A stretch of DNA of 64,000 bases from Blastocatellia bacterium (GTDB lineage Bacteria; Acidobacteriota; Blastocatellia; UBA7656): NCBI GenBank assembly GCA_963765495.1, contig CAVXWP010000001.1, forward strand, positions 1,088,001-1,152,000, in the 5' to 3' direction. The position numbers and the translations under genes were made by a program. Positions 40,470 to 51,650 of the stretch are shown piece after piece. The notes beneath the pieces are model-generated. The model was not told where the DNA came from, did no database searches, and saw nothing but the letters and a program-made list of their open reading frames with translations. Each line of letters opens with the position of its first letter. Positions within the stretch are counted from its first letter, which is position 1.

Positions 40470-43118
40470 ATGATTAACAGATCGGTGAAGATGCGAAAGG
40501 CAATGACGATAGCGCTGACGCTGGCCTTTATGGTAAGCGTTTCGGTGCCGGCCTTTGCCGCTGACGGTAAGAAGTATTTCAAGGAAGGCATGAAGTATGC
40601 CGAGAACCGTCAGTGGGACAAGGCCGCCGAAAGGTATGCGCTCGCGGTTGCCGAGAAGCCGGGTAACATCGAATACCAGTTGCATCTTCAGCGTGCCCTC
40701 GTCAATGCCGCGATAATGCTGGTCGAGCGGGGCGACAACTTCGCCGAGCAGAAAGATTACAACGCCGCTTATCTGGCTTACCGTCAGGCTTTCGCCTTCG
40801 ATCAAACAAACGAGCTTGCGCTGGTCAAGATGCGGAGAATGCTGGAAACTCAGGGTCTGCCTACGACAGACCTGCCGAGCGGCAGCGACCCTGCCGGGCC
40901 GAGTTATTCTCCAAACAAAGAAAAGAACGTAGAGGCCATCTACACGCCGACGGTTGCGACCTATAAAGCGGGTTCGCTTCGAGCAGACCTGCCGGGCATC
41001 TCGCCGCGCCGCTTTCCGAAAACCACCGTCATATCCCGAAGCGACAGCCTGCTCTCTTTCATCGAGCAACTGGCTCAGGACATAGGGCTGAACGTTATGT
41101 TCGATCAGCAGGTCTCCAATCAGATGAAGTCTCAGAAACTGAATGTGGACCTGCGAGGTGTGAGCAAGCCGAAGGCGCTGGAGATGATCCTCCAGACCAA
41201 TAACCTTATGTACGCGCAACTCGACACCAAGACCATAGTGATCGCGGTTGACAACCCTCAATCCAGAATGCGCTACGAGCCGCTTGCCGTGCGAACTTTT
41301 TACGTCAAGAACGGCGATATTCAGGAGATGCGCAGCGTGATTACGGCTACGCTTGCCTCAAAGCAGGTAGTTCCGGTCAAACAGCTTAACGCGCTTGTCG
41401 TGCGCGACACACCCACCAATTTGCAATTGATCGAATCGCTTATAGATTCGATGGACAAGGCCAAGGCCGAGGTGTTGATTGATATCAACATCTATGAAGT
41501 GTCAAAAAATGATCTGCTGCAAATCGGCAACCAGTTCAATACCGGGGGGAATTCGGGCCAGCAGGGCGCTCTCTCTCTGGATGCTCTCGGCGGACTCGGT
41601 CAGACGGGATTGGTCGATACCAGCGGATTGGCCCATAAATTCCTGAGCAACGGTCCTCTGGGGCTTGCGCTCGGGCTTCCGCCAAGCTTGATAAGCTTTT
41701 TCCAGGACAAGGGTAAAGCGAAACTGCTTGCGTCCACACAGGTCCATATACTCGATAAAGAGCAGCACACGATAAACATCGGCCAGCGTGTGCCTGTGCA
41801 ATCGGCTTTCATCCCGACCTATTCAACCACGGTCGTAAACCGTCGCGGCAATAATACGGGCACTGTTCCTACCAATCCGAATGACATCACTCAGGGTGTC
41901 AACCCGTTTGGATTTGGCGGCTCGGGCTATCCGCAATTCCAGTATGAAAACGTCGGTCTGAACATAGACATGACGCCCGAGGTTTATGAGAACGAAGTCC
42001 AGATGAAGATGAAGATCGAATCTTCATCGCTCGACCGTAGCACGGGCAATTTCACGCCGTCGTTCAATCAGCGCACGATGTCTTCTGTGGCCCGCATCAA
42101 AGACGGGCAGACGACGCTCGTAGCCGGTGTCAGCCAGACTGAAACGGCGAAGCAGGTAAAAGGAATTCCTCTTATCGGATTGATACCGATTCTGGGACGG
42201 TTCTTTGCTACTCCTTCCACGACCGACCGGCAGAGCGATGTGATCATTACCGTGACACCTCATATACTCCGTCGCGCGGACATAACTGAAATGGACCATC
42301 TGGCCAAAGCCGCCGGTACGCAGGCCGACCCGAGCACACAGTTGACGCTTGAGCAGATTCTATATCTGGCCGATCAAAACGAGGCCGGGGCAAGTCAGGT
42401 GGCCTCAACCGCCGAGCCGCCCAAACCTGTTGTCTCGCCTCCGGTGGAGAATCGCAACGTCAGCACATCGCCTGCGGGCAATACCGGCACGCCGGGCGTG
42501 GTTGTAATGCAACCGACACAGATGACGACGCCTGTCGCTCCGGCTTCGAGTCAGAGTTTTACACCACAGGTCGAGCGTCAGATCGTGGAAAAACCCGGTG
42601 CCACGACTAACAATCCCGTGCTTGATGATGACGACGATGATGACGACGACGATGACGATGACGACGGCAACGGACAGGCCGTTCAAAACAATCAGGCTGT
42701 CCAGCCGATTGAAGTGAGCGTCAGAAGCGCGTCGAACGTGGCGGTAAAGAATCAGGATATATACGCTGCCATAATCGTCAACGGCAATTCCGAGATTTCA
42801 TCCACGACCGTTTCGCTCAGCTACGACGCGAATGTGTTGGAGGTCAAGGGAGTGCGCGACGGCGGATTGCTCAGAGTCGGAGGAGCAAATCCCGATCTTC
42901 AATTCACGGCCGAAGGCGGAGTGTTGAACGTGCAGATGAGCCGTCCGGCAGGCTCCAACGGTGTGCCTGCGCGCGGGCAGTTGCTGTTGATAATATTCAA
43001 GGTGAAGGGACAGGGCACATCGCCTCTGACTCTTAACGAAGGCCAGACGGTCTTTTATTCTGCCAGTGGTCAGATGGTGCCGCTCAGGCTGCAATCTTCG
43101 CAGATCGAGGCAAAGTAA
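40470..43118 (+). CDS. Secretin (GspD/PilQ family) with N-terminal TPR region, poly-Asp linker and C-terminal cohesin-like domain
   Basis: Signal peptide, N3-type domain, GIPLIGLIPILGRFF...ITVTPHI secretin signature, C-terminal beta-sandwich. Confidence 0.85.
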   Translation: MINRSVKMRKAMTIALTLAFMVSVSVPAFAADGKKYFKEGMKYAENRQWDKAAERYALAVAEKPGNIEYQLHLQRALVNAAIMLVERGDNFAEQKDYNAAYLAYRQAFAFDQTNELALVKMRRMLETQGLPTTDLPSGSDPAGPSYSPNKEKNVEAIYTPTVATYKAGSLRADLPGISPRRFPKTTVISRSDSLLSFIEQLAQDIGLNVMFDQQVSNQMKSQKLNVDLRGVSKPKALEMILQTNNLMYAQLDTKTIVIAVDNPQSRMRYEPLAVRTFYVKNGDIQEMRSVITATLASKQVVPVKQLNALVVRDTPTNLQLIESLIDSMDKAKAEVLIDINIYEVSKNDLLQIGNQFNTGGNSGQQGALSLDALGGLGQTGLVDTSGLAHKFLSNGPLGLALGLPPSLISFFQDKGKAKLLASTQVHILDKEQHTINIGQRVPVQSAFIPTYSTTVVNRRGNNTGTVPTNPNDITQGVNPFGFGGSGYPQFQYENVGLNIDMTPEVYENEVQMKMKIESSSLDRSTGNFTPSFNQRTMSSVARIKDGQTTLVAGVSQTETAKQVKGIPLIGLIPILGRFFATPSTTDRQSDVIITVTPHILRRADITEMDHLAKAAGTQADPSTQLTLEQILYLADQNEAGASQVASTAEPPKPVVSPPVENRNVSTSPAGNTGTPGVVVMQPTQMTTPVAPASSQSFTPQVERQIVEKPGATTNNPVLDDDDDDDDDDDDDDGNGQAVQNNQAVQPIEVSVRSASNVAVKNQDIYAAIIVNGNSEISSTTVSLSYDANVLEVKGVRDGGLLRVGGANPDLQFTAEGGVLNVQMSRPAGSNGVPARGQLLLIIFKVKGQGTSPLTLNEGQTVFYSASGQMVPLRLQSSQIEAK

Positions 43119-43188
43119 TCTGATCCTGGATGTGAGTTTTCAGATGTTTACAAGGGTTCTAACGACCGGCATCCGCCTTGCGGATAAA

Positions 43189-43722
43189 ATGGCGCGAATT
43201 GGCAAAGATCGCTATTCTGTCTGGTCTCGCGTCTTAAAATCCGCGCCGCGAGCATCGTCAGGTTTCACGCTTGTCGAGCTTATAATCGTCATAACGATTC
43301 TTTCGGTCCTGACGGCGGCAGCCGTGCCTATGGTGCGAAACTCCGTCAGACGCGAGCGCGAGATGGAGTTGAGGCTTGCGCTCCGCCAGATACGCCAGGC
43401 CATAGATGCCTACAAGAAATACAACGACGAGACCGGAGGACAGGCGATCCCGATTGAGTGGAGGACGCAGAGCGGGTACCCGAAAGAGCTTAACCTGCTG
43501 GTCGAAGGATTTATCCCTGCAAACGTAGTCGGCGCGAGCGGCAACAAGAAGCGTTTCCTGCGCCGCTTGCCTATTGATCCCGTAACGGGCAGTGACGAGT
43601 GGGGATTGCGCTCATATAAGGACAAACCCGACTCGACCTCCTGGGGAGGCGATGACGTTTTCGATGTCTATTCAAAGAGCGATAAAGAGGCGCTCAACGG
43701 GACCAAGTATCAAGACTGGTAA
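43189..43722 (+). CDS. Type II secretion pseudopilin (GspG-like); start uncertain
   Basis: Prepilin cleavage motif GFTLVEL and FLRRLPIDP. Confidence 0.85.
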   Translation: MARIGKDRYSVWSRVLKSAPRASSGFTLVELIIVITILSVLTAAAVPMVRNSVRREREMELRLALRQIRQAIDAYKKYNDETGGQAIPIEWRTQSGYPKELNLLVEGFIPANVVGASGNKKRFLRRLPIDPVTGSDEWGLRSYKDKPDSTSWGGDDVFDVYSKSDKEALNGTKYQDW

Positions 43723-43751
43723 AGGCGGGAAACAGCAAGCGGGAATTTATA

Positions 43752-44174
43752 ATGAAGTATCAGCATCCGACAAAGATAAAGAATTGTAAAAACCGGGCGG
43801 AGCGCGGCTTTACGTTGATCGAACTCGTCATGGTGATGACGATTATCGTGATCCTCGCGGCGGTCGGGGTGGCTTCCTATCAGCAGATTCAGTTGAAGGC
43901 CAGAGAGGAAGTGCTCAAAAAAGACCTGAAAGAGATGCGGATAATGCTCGATCAGTATGCCGCCGACAAAGAAGCGCTCCCGCAGTCGCTTGACGACCTC
44001 GTCTCTGCCGGATATATGCGCGAACTCCCGATTGACCCGATCACCGGACAGTCGGACTGGGTCGTCGAGTCTGGAGAGGATGACGTTTCAATAGAGGGTG
44101 GACAGGGCGTAGTTGATGTTCACAGCAACGCCGCCGGAGAAGGCAGCGACGGGAAATCCTACCGGGAATACTGA
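43752..44174 (+). CDS. Type II secretion pseudopilin (GspG-like)
   Basis: GFTLIEL and LV.AGYMRELPIDPITG. Confidence 0.88.
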   Translation: MKYQHPTKIKNCKNRAERGFTLIELVMVMTIIVILAAVGVASYQQIQLKAREEVLKKDLKEMRIMLDQYAADKEALPQSLDDLVSAGYMRELPIDPITGQSDWVVESGEDDVSIEGGQGVVDVHSNAAGEGSDGKSYREY

Positions 44175-44176
44175 CC

Positions 44177-44260
44177 TGATTTGTGAAGCGCGATGCGTGA
44201 CTTTCAGGCAATCACCTGTTAAATAAGGTTCTCGCTGGCTTCATAAATCACGGATCACGG
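44177..44260 (+). repeat. GTGA/TCAC heptamer-armed element (copy 5, 45-bp core)
   Basis: gtgactttcaggcaatcacctgttaaa ... atcacggatcacgg. Confidence 0.78.
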
Positions 44261-44279
44261 AACATGCATATCTGAAAAT

Positions 44280-45215
44280 ATGGCAACAGCTATACAGAAA
44301 TATTTACTGGCTCCGCGCGTGCCTAACATCGCGGCCGGATTTGTTGACAACCAGTTTGCCGTAGTGGATGTCAGGCGCGGGCGTCGCGGCTACTCGCTTG
44401 CCGCCAGCGCAATCACTCAACTGCCGCAAGGGGTGGTGACGGCAAGTTTCGACGAACAAAATATCGATAACCCAGACGAACTTGCCGAGATAATTTTGCA
44501 AACGGCGGAGGCCGCCGGGCTTGGGAACAAGAAGCGATGGTCAATTGCCTTGCCCGAAGGCGTACTGCGTACCTTTGTGGTCACGCTTGAGAGCAAACCC
44601 TCCGGGCGCCGCGAACTGAACGAAGTGCTGGAGTGGAAGATAGAGCGCGTCATCCCCGCGCCTCCTTCCGCATTGCGTATCAGCCGACAGCGATTAACCC
44701 CCCTAAAGGGGCAGGAGCGTTATCTGGTGAGCGCCGGTCGTGAAGATGTGATTTCGCAATACGAATCAATCTTTGACGCGGTACGCTGGCACGCGGGGCT
44801 TATTTTGCCGCGTCATCTGGGCGAGGCGCAGTGGATTATGCTCGATCAAACGCCGGGCGATAAGATGCTAGTATCAGCCAACCACCTTGGCTTTACTGCC
44901 CTGATAGTCAGAAACGGCGAGCCCGCGCTAACCCGCACATACGAATGCGAGCCCGATTCAATCATAGACGAATTGCATCGCTTTGCGCTCTACTATCGCG
45001 ACCGCTTGGGCGATGGAGGCGTTGTCGATCTTTCAGGATTACTGGTGCTTGGCGGCATCAACCTGGCCGAGGCTTTGAGCGCCATCGTTGATGCTACGGA
45101 AAGCGAGCCGCAGCCCATTGATCCGGCGCGGTTCGGATTTGATCTGATCGGCGAGCCTATAGAATTCGATGATCTCGCGGGTGTGGCGGGACTGGCAAGC
45201 ATCGCATATCAGTAA
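44280..45215 (+). CDS. PilM/GspL-like cytoplasmic actin-fold assembly protein
   Basis: Position at the end of the operon; IALPEGVLRTFV...EVLEWKIE pattern typical of PilM-like proteins. Confidence 0.65.
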   Translation: MATAIQKYLLAPRVPNIAAGFVDNQFAVVDVRRGRRGYSLAASAITQLPQGVVTASFDEQNIDNPDELAEIILQTAEAAGLGNKKRWSIALPEGVLRTFVVTLESKPSGRRELNEVLEWKIERVIPAPPSALRISRQRLTPLKGQERYLVSAGREDVISQYESIFDAVRWHAGLILPRHLGEAQWIMLDQTPGDKMLVSANHLGFTALIVRNGEPALTRTYECEPDSIIDELHRFALYYRDRLGDGGVVDLSGLLVLGGINLAEALSAIVDATESEPQPIDPARFGFDLIGEPIEFDDLAGVAGLASIAYQ

Positions 45216-48200
45216 TCAGTTGCTCTTTGTTTTGGGTTTGCCTTTCCAGACGCGGACCGAACTCCCGAGCGGGAGCGCGCCCTCCGGCGGGGTCCCGTAA
45301 AGATCTATCCACAGGGCAAATTTCTTCCTGACCACCAGTCCCACCTCTAGCCGCGCCTCGATTGTTTCTCCCGGCGCAAGCAAATTGCCTTCGCTCGTGG
45401 TGAGTGATTGCCGCGCACCCCCGACCGGCTTTGACTTCAGATCGCGAGAGAGCAAAACATTATTGCGGCTCAACTGGGAAACGCGCAGGAAGGGATTCGT
45501 TATGGGTATGTCGCTGTGGTTTTTTATACTCAGGTTGATGACGAGCCGCGACGAACCGCTCGATTGAGTGTTAAACCCGTCGCTTGAAGTGTCGGACCAG
45601 TTCAAATCCACAAGCTCCGAAGAGATAAAAGAAATATCTACCGCGGAGTTGACGTTCGAGCCTACTGAAAACTCTGCCTCGTTGTCTCCGAATACGGCAT
45701 TGCCGCCCACGCCGCGCACGATCACTCGCAATCGCGCGTGATCGGTGGAGATGGCCGGAAGCACGACCATCGATTTCTCGGCATCGCCGGGTATTCCCGT
45801 AGCGATGCGGTTAAAATTCACGCCGCCGTTTGTCGAGAGCCATACCTCGTTTTGAGCCGGTATAAAATTAGCAGTTTTTGTTGTCGTCCATGTCACCAGA
45901 TAGGGGTCGCCCCCGGCCAGTCGTTCGCCGCCTGTCGGGGTCCCCACAAAAACATAAACGAAACCGGCGCGCAAACTCGGCGACATCACATGTTGAGTAT
46001 CGAAGCCGCCTGTTGTGCCTGCACCGTTCGAATCTTCGTAACCCTGCCACGCTCCGGTTCCCGTGGCGTAGCTTGCAATTGTCGCGGGCGCTGCGTCGAG
46101 CGAATCACCTTCCGCATCCTTTGCTTCAACCTTGAGTTGCCAGGCATTTGTCAGATTGTCGTCCTGAGGGATGACCGTGTCGCCTATCCAGGTGTCGTTT
46201 GTGTAGTCGGTCTTTTTCCATCCCCCGACTTCGACCGCATCGGCAAAGCTCGCTTCGTTGATCTGTTCGTTGCGTCCGAGCGTAGCCACAAGCGAAGATG
46301 TGTCCATCGGTTTTGAGAACTTTAACTCCACCCGTAACGGGCTGCCCGGCTCAAGGACCGGGCTTCGAGTGTCAACCTTCAATTGCCTCAACCCGCCCGA
46401 TGCTGCGGTCGGCCTGGCCCAGTTGGCGGAATATACAAGTTTCGAAAAATCGCCGCCGGGCGCTTTCTGATAAGCCTTTACCGATTCCAGAATGGGCGGC
46501 CCTACGGCCCATTCCAGAACGGGCAGAGCGCCCGCCCAGTTTTCGCGGTTTATCGGCTCGATCTCGCTTTCAGGCACATTGAAATTGCAGCAGGCGGGCC
46601 GCATCTCGACCACAATCGGAGCGGCCACGCGATTGACCTCATAGGCGTAATCGCTTGAAGAGCCGGTCGTGACATAGAGATCAAAAGCCCGCTGGGCTTT
46701 GTAACGTACGCCATTTACATTAAAAATATCGTCCGACATACGTTGGGCCATGGGAACGAGCAAAGCCGAATCCGGCGTATTGCCGCGCTGGTAGCCCCAC
46801 GGATAAAGGATCAACTGAGAGAAATTATGGTAATCAATCTCCACGCGGAAGTGGCGATTGGGATCGTCCACAAGCGATTTTATCGCCTTTATTTCCGGCT
46901 CGCTTTCGGCCTTGGGGCCGCGATAAAGCTCATTAACGGGGTCATCGCTCGCCCCACGGTCGTCGTTATAATTCGGGCAGGGGTCGTCTCCTTGCAGCCG
47001 CCACTGAAAAGCATAATTGCGATTAAGATCGACTCCTATGCCGTTGGCGCAGCCGCTCGCAGATACGGGGCGACGGCTCTTGCGCCACATCCTTGTCGCG
47101 TCTATCTGATCGTTTGGCGAACTCTGGCTGTACTCAAGACCATCCGGGTTGACTATAGGCACGATCCATATTTGCAGAGTGTTTACGAGGAGCCTTATTT
47201 TCTCGTCGGTCTCGTACCCGCCGATCAGTTGATTGGCAAAATAGACGGGGGGTTCGACCGATATCCATTCGCGCGCGTGATGGCATCCGGTGATGAGAAC
47301 ATCCGGTTTGCTGGAATCGTCAATCTCGGGGTCTTTTGCGATCTTGAGCGCGAATATCTGGCGGCCTTCAAAGCTCGGCCCCAGATTGACGACTCGCGCA
47401 AGTGTGGGGTGTGCAGCGGCCAGAGCCTTGAATTCCGCGAGCGTCTCTTCGTAGCTGTGGAACTTTCCTTCGGCAAGCGCAAGGTGCACATTGCTCGATT
47501 CTTTAGCGCCCGATCCTTTTGTGTCTGATTCTTTAGCGCGACCATGACCGGGATCGAAAGTCTTGCCGTGGAAAAACCGTGTGACCGTGGCGGCAAATTC
47601 ATCCAGAGTGAAAAAGCCCGCAAGCGTATAGCCTCGCCGCCCGTACTTCTCTTCGATATGCGAATTTATTGAATTATCCGAGCCGTCGGATGGAAAGATG
47701 TCCAGATAAGCGAGGAAAGAATCATTGCTCATCAGGATATTTTCCTGATCGCCGAGCCAGTCGGAGTAGCCCGCCTGAGGCGGCCTTTGTTTAGAGAGAG
47801 AGACGACCGCGATACGGACCTGTGATACCACCTCTTCGGATTGATAGGCGGGCGTGATCGCTTTTGCCAGTTGATCTCCGGTTGCTCGCGCCCGTTGCCA
47901 GTCGGCTATCGAGGGGTAAAGCACTTCGGCGTAGTAGCCTTCGCGGCGCAATCGTTCGATCAGAAAATCGGGCGCGGCGACTACGGTGTCATTGCCCGCC
48001 TTTGACCAGATATTTGCGTCTATCCCGACCGATTGAGCGATACTTAAAATCTCGTCAGCCGGAGCGGGGATACGCGCGACACGCGGGATGGTCTCCCGTT
48101 CGATTAGAGAGCGGCGTACTTTCTGGTACTTTGCCCACGCTTCCCGTCGCAACTCAATGTCAGGAGTCTTGAGCGCCTCTTGCCAGACATCGAGCGCGCC

Positions 48201-48449
48201 CGGCTCGTCCAGTCTGGAAAGAGATTCGAGCGCCTTGCGGAATTCATCCCCGCGCGCGGCAGATAATTCTGCTTTCAGGCGCACCTGTCTTGCGCGCCTG
48301 AGGCCGTCATCAAAAGCCCCGCGTTGTTTTCCCGTATCGGTTTGAGCCGAGACAGTGAGATAAAAACTAAATCCGGCGATCAGCAGCGCCAGGGGAGCTA
48401 GAAAGACCAGCAGCGCAACCAAACGGCGAGGAATGAACTTCTTCATCAA
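45216..48449 (-). CDS. Secreted M14 zinc carboxypeptidase with N- and C-terminal accessory domains
   Basis: HHAREW, NPDG, GVDLNRNY, DYHNFS and VEMRP motifs; signal peptide. Confidence 0.88.
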   Translation of the reverse strand: MMKKFIPRRLVALLVFLAPLALLIAGFSFYLTVSAQTDTGKQRGAFDDGLRRARQVRLKAELSAARGDEFRKALESLSRLDEPGALDVWQEALKTPDIELRREAWAKYQKVRRSLIERETIPRVARIPAPADEILSIAQSVGIDANIWSKAGNDTVVAAPDFLIERLRREGYYAEVLYPSIADWQRARATGDQLAKAITPAYQSEEVVSQVRIAVVSLSKQRPPQAGYSDWLGDQENILMSNDSFLAYLDIFPSDGSDNSINSHIEEKYGRRGYTLAGFFTLDEFAATVTRFFHGKTFDPGHGRAKESDTKGSGAKESSNVHLALAEGKFHSYEETLAEFKALAAAHPTLARVVNLGPSFEGRQIFALKIAKDPEIDDSSKPDVLITGCHHAREWISVEPPVYFANQLIGGYETDEKIRLLVNTLQIWIVPIVNPDGLEYSQSSPNDQIDATRMWRKSRRPVSASGCANGIGVDLNRNYAFQWRLQGDDPCPNYNDDRGASDDPVNELYRGPKAESEPEIKAIKSLVDDPNRHFRVEIDYHNFSQLILYPWGYQRGNTPDSALLVPMAQRMSDDIFNVNGVRYKAQRAFDLYVTTGSSSDYAYEVNRVAAPIVVEMRPACCNFNVPESEIEPINRENWAGALPVLEWAVGPPILESVKAYQKAPGGDFSKLVYSANWARPTAASGGLRQLKVDTRSPVLEPGSPLRVELKFSKPMDTSSLVATLGRNEQINEASFADAVEVGGWKKTDYTNDTWIGDTVIPQDDNLTNAWQLKVEAKDAEGDSLDAAPATIASYATGTGAWQGYEDSNGAGTTGGFDTQHVMSPSLRAGFVYVFVGTPTGGERLAGGDPYLVTWTTTKTANFIPAQNEVWLSTNGGVNFNRIATGIPGDAEKSMVVLPAISTDHARLRVIVRGVGGNAVFGDNEAEFSVGSNVNSAVDISFISSELVDLNWSDTSSDGFNTQSSGSSRLVINLSIKNHSDIPITNPFLRVSQLSRNNVLLSRDLKSKPVGGARQSLTTSEGNLLAPGETIEARLEVGLVVRKKFALWIDLYGTPPEGALPLGSSVRVWKGKPKTKSN

Positions 48450-48622
48450 TATCCCCTACAAGTATTTCCCCTACAAGGGTTTATCAAAACCCCGGCGATA
48501 CGTCAAGAATTTTTGAGATTCCTTGACAACCGCCCGGCCTTTCGATAACTTTTCTTGTTGCTTTTTTAATGATCTCGGCAGCATAGGGACACCACTCTTA
48601 GTAGATTTAGTTTTGGAGGTAA

Positions 48623-49639
<1,017 letters not shown>

Positions 49640-49643
49640 AAAC

Positions 49644-49748
49644 TGATGAAGCGTGATGCATGACGGGTGATTTATCCGGGCTGCAAGTTATCTTTAACAA
49701 GCGGCCTGTCTGAAAATCACCCGTCACGCATCACGCATCACGAGTCAC
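49644..49748 (-). repeat. GTGA/TCAC heptamer-armed element with 44-bp core (copy 6)
   Basis: Core 49672-49715 between gap and pgk. Confidence 0.88.
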
Positions 49749-49753
49749 TTTCT

Positions 49754-50956
49754 ATGTCCAAGCTTTCAATATCTGATCTGGACCTCAAGGGTCAGCGCGT
49801 CTTTATGCGCGTTGATTTCAACGTGCCTCTGGATGAGGACGGAAACGTCACCGACGACACGCGGATACGGGCGGCGCTGCCAAGCATAAAGTATGCGCTC
49901 GACCACGGCGCGCGGCTGGTGCTTGCCTCTCATCTCGGCAGACCAAAGGGGAAGCCCGACCCTAAATATTCGCTCGCGCCCGCCGCCCGCCGCCTCTCAG
50001 AGTTACTCGGGCGCGAGGTAGAGCTTGCGCCCGATTCCGTTGGGCCGGAAGTCGAAGCTATGGTAAAAGACCTGGGCGAAGGCGACGTGCTGATGCTCGA
50101 AAACGTGCGTTTTCACGCGGGCGAAGAGAAGAACGACCCCGAGTATGCGCGCGGTCTTGCATCGCTCGCCGATCTTTATATCAACGATGCCTTCGGCACT
50201 GCCCATCGCGCTCACGCTTCCACGGAAGGCATAACTCATTTCGTCGAAAAAGCGGCTGCCGGTTTCCTGATGGAGAAGGAGTTGCAATACCTCGGGCAGG
50301 CTCTGGAAACCCCCGAGCGCCCGTTTGTGGTCATTCTCGGCGGAGCCAAGGTGTCGGACAAGATCGCCGTGATCGAAAACCTTTTGAAATCTGCCGACTC
50401 GATTTTGATCGGCGGCGCTATGGCCTATACGTTTCTCAAATCACAGGGGCTTGAGACGGGGCGATCTCTTGTCGAAGATGATAAACTCGATCTCGCCCGC
50501 AGTTTACTCGCCCGCGCAAAAGAGAGCGGCGTCGAGCTTTTGCTGCCGGTAGACAATGTAGTTGTGGATAAAGGCAAATGGGACAGCGACCCGCAATCCG
50601 TAGAGCCGCGCGTCTGTTCTGTGAAAGAGATTCGCCCCGAAGAAGCAGGGTTTGACATTGGCCCCGAGGCCATAAAGCAATTTACCGAAAAGATAGCCGG
50701 AGCAAAGACGGTTGTCTGGAACGGCCCCGTCGGTCTGTTTGAGCGAGAGCCGTTTGACCGGGGTACGAGAGCCGTCGCCGAAGCCGTTGCCTCGACCGAT
50801 GCCACGACGATCATAGGCGGCGGCGACTCTGTAGCGGCAGTGACCGAAGCCGGGGTAGTGGACCGCATCGCGCACGTCTCTACAGGCGGTGGCGCATCGC
50901 TTGAGTTTCTTGCAGGCGAGCGGCTTCCCGGTGTGGCCGCTCTGACCGATAAATAG
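49754..50956 (+). CDS. pgk: Phosphoglycerate kinase; start corrected to ATG 49754
   Basis: RVDFNVP, SHLGRP, GGAKV and STGGGASLE motifs. Confidence 0.97.
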   Translation: MSKLSISDLDLKGQRVFMRVDFNVPLDEDGNVTDDTRIRAALPSIKYALDHGARLVLASHLGRPKGKPDPKYSLAPAARRLSELLGREVELAPDSVGPEVEAMVKDLGEGDVLMLENVRFHAGEEKNDPEYARGLASLADLYINDAFGTAHRAHASTEGITHFVEKAAAGFLMEKELQYLGQALETPERPFVVILGGAKVSDKIAVIENLLKSADSILIGGAMAYTFLKSQGLETGRSLVEDDKLDLARSLLARAKESGVELLLPVDNVVVDKGKWDSDPQSVEPRVCSVKEIRPEEAGFDIGPEAIKQFTEKIAGAKTVVWNGPVGLFEREPFDRGTRAVAEAVASTDATTIIGGGDSVAAVTEAGVVDRIAHVSTGGGASLEFLAGERLPGVAALTDK

Positions 50957-50991
50957 GCCCGATTATTTACGAACCAGAGGATTTGTTAGAA

Positions 50992-51624
50992 GTGAAACCC
51001 CCTAGAAAATTAATTATGTCTTTGCTGCTCGTTGCGGCGGCTGTATCGCTTCCGGCCTGCGGAAAGAAGCCGGCTTATGACAATATTCAACTCAATCAAA
51101 ACAGCGCGCCTCAGCCGACTGATGCTGCCGCAAGCAATACCAGTGAGACGCAGCCCGACGCGCCCGCTCAACCCGAAGCGAACCCCCAGCCCGATCAAAC
51201 CGCTCCGGTTCCGGGGCAACCGCCTGCGGGACAACCGCAACCGGCGCCTGCTCAGCAGGGCGAGAGAAAGTTGCCGGATTTCGTCAATCCAAACACAGGG
51301 CAGATCAAAGACCTGCCCGATTATCCCAATGCTGTCAGGGTCAATGTGCAGGTTGGACCTGCATCCAGTGGCAAAATGGCTTCTGTCGTCATGCAGGCGA
51401 ATACCACTATAGAAGAGGTAGACAAGTTTTATGGGAAGGCGATAAAGAGCAACGGGTGGAGTGTGAATCGCGAAAGCCGCCAGCCGGATTCGATAAGAAT
51501 TGAACTCAAAAAAGGCGAGCTTCAGGAGGGGCTGATACAGATCATGAAATCTCCCCAGACCAGCAACATAACTATCTCACTGACTCGGCTCGAAAAGGAA
51601 GCGCCGCCAAAAGTGATCAAGTAA
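50992..51624 (+). CDS. Pro/Gln-rich lipoprotein of unknown function
   Basis: Lipobox LPAC after a hydrophobic stretch; low-complexity linker; C-terminal P.YP.A...FY......GW domain. Confidence 0.72.
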   Translation: MKPPRKLIMSLLLVAAAVSLPACGKKPAYDNIQLNQNSAPQPTDAAASNTSETQPDAPAQPEANPQPDQTAPVPGQPPAGQPQPAPAQQGERKLPDFVNPNTGQIKDLPDYPNAVRVNVQVGPASSGKMASVVMQANTTIEEVDKFYGKAIKSNGWSVNRESRQPDSIRIELKKGELQEGLIQIMKSPQTSNITISLTRLEKEAPPKVIK

Positions 51625-51650
51625 TCCCGCCCAGGATATTGGAAATTACC

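Noticed and set aside
42624-42665. Poly-Asp tract as a phase-variable locus
   Set aside because: Mixed GAT/GAC codons that stay in frame; slippage would not switch expression
48452-48478. CCCCTACAAG direct repeat before the M14 gene and a 15-bp duplication near 63461-63490
   Set aside because: Only two short copies each, with no other evidence of function
49667-49753. N-terminal extension of Pgk (..PSRITHHES..)
   Set aside because: It is a translation of the heptamer element; the real start is ATG 49754
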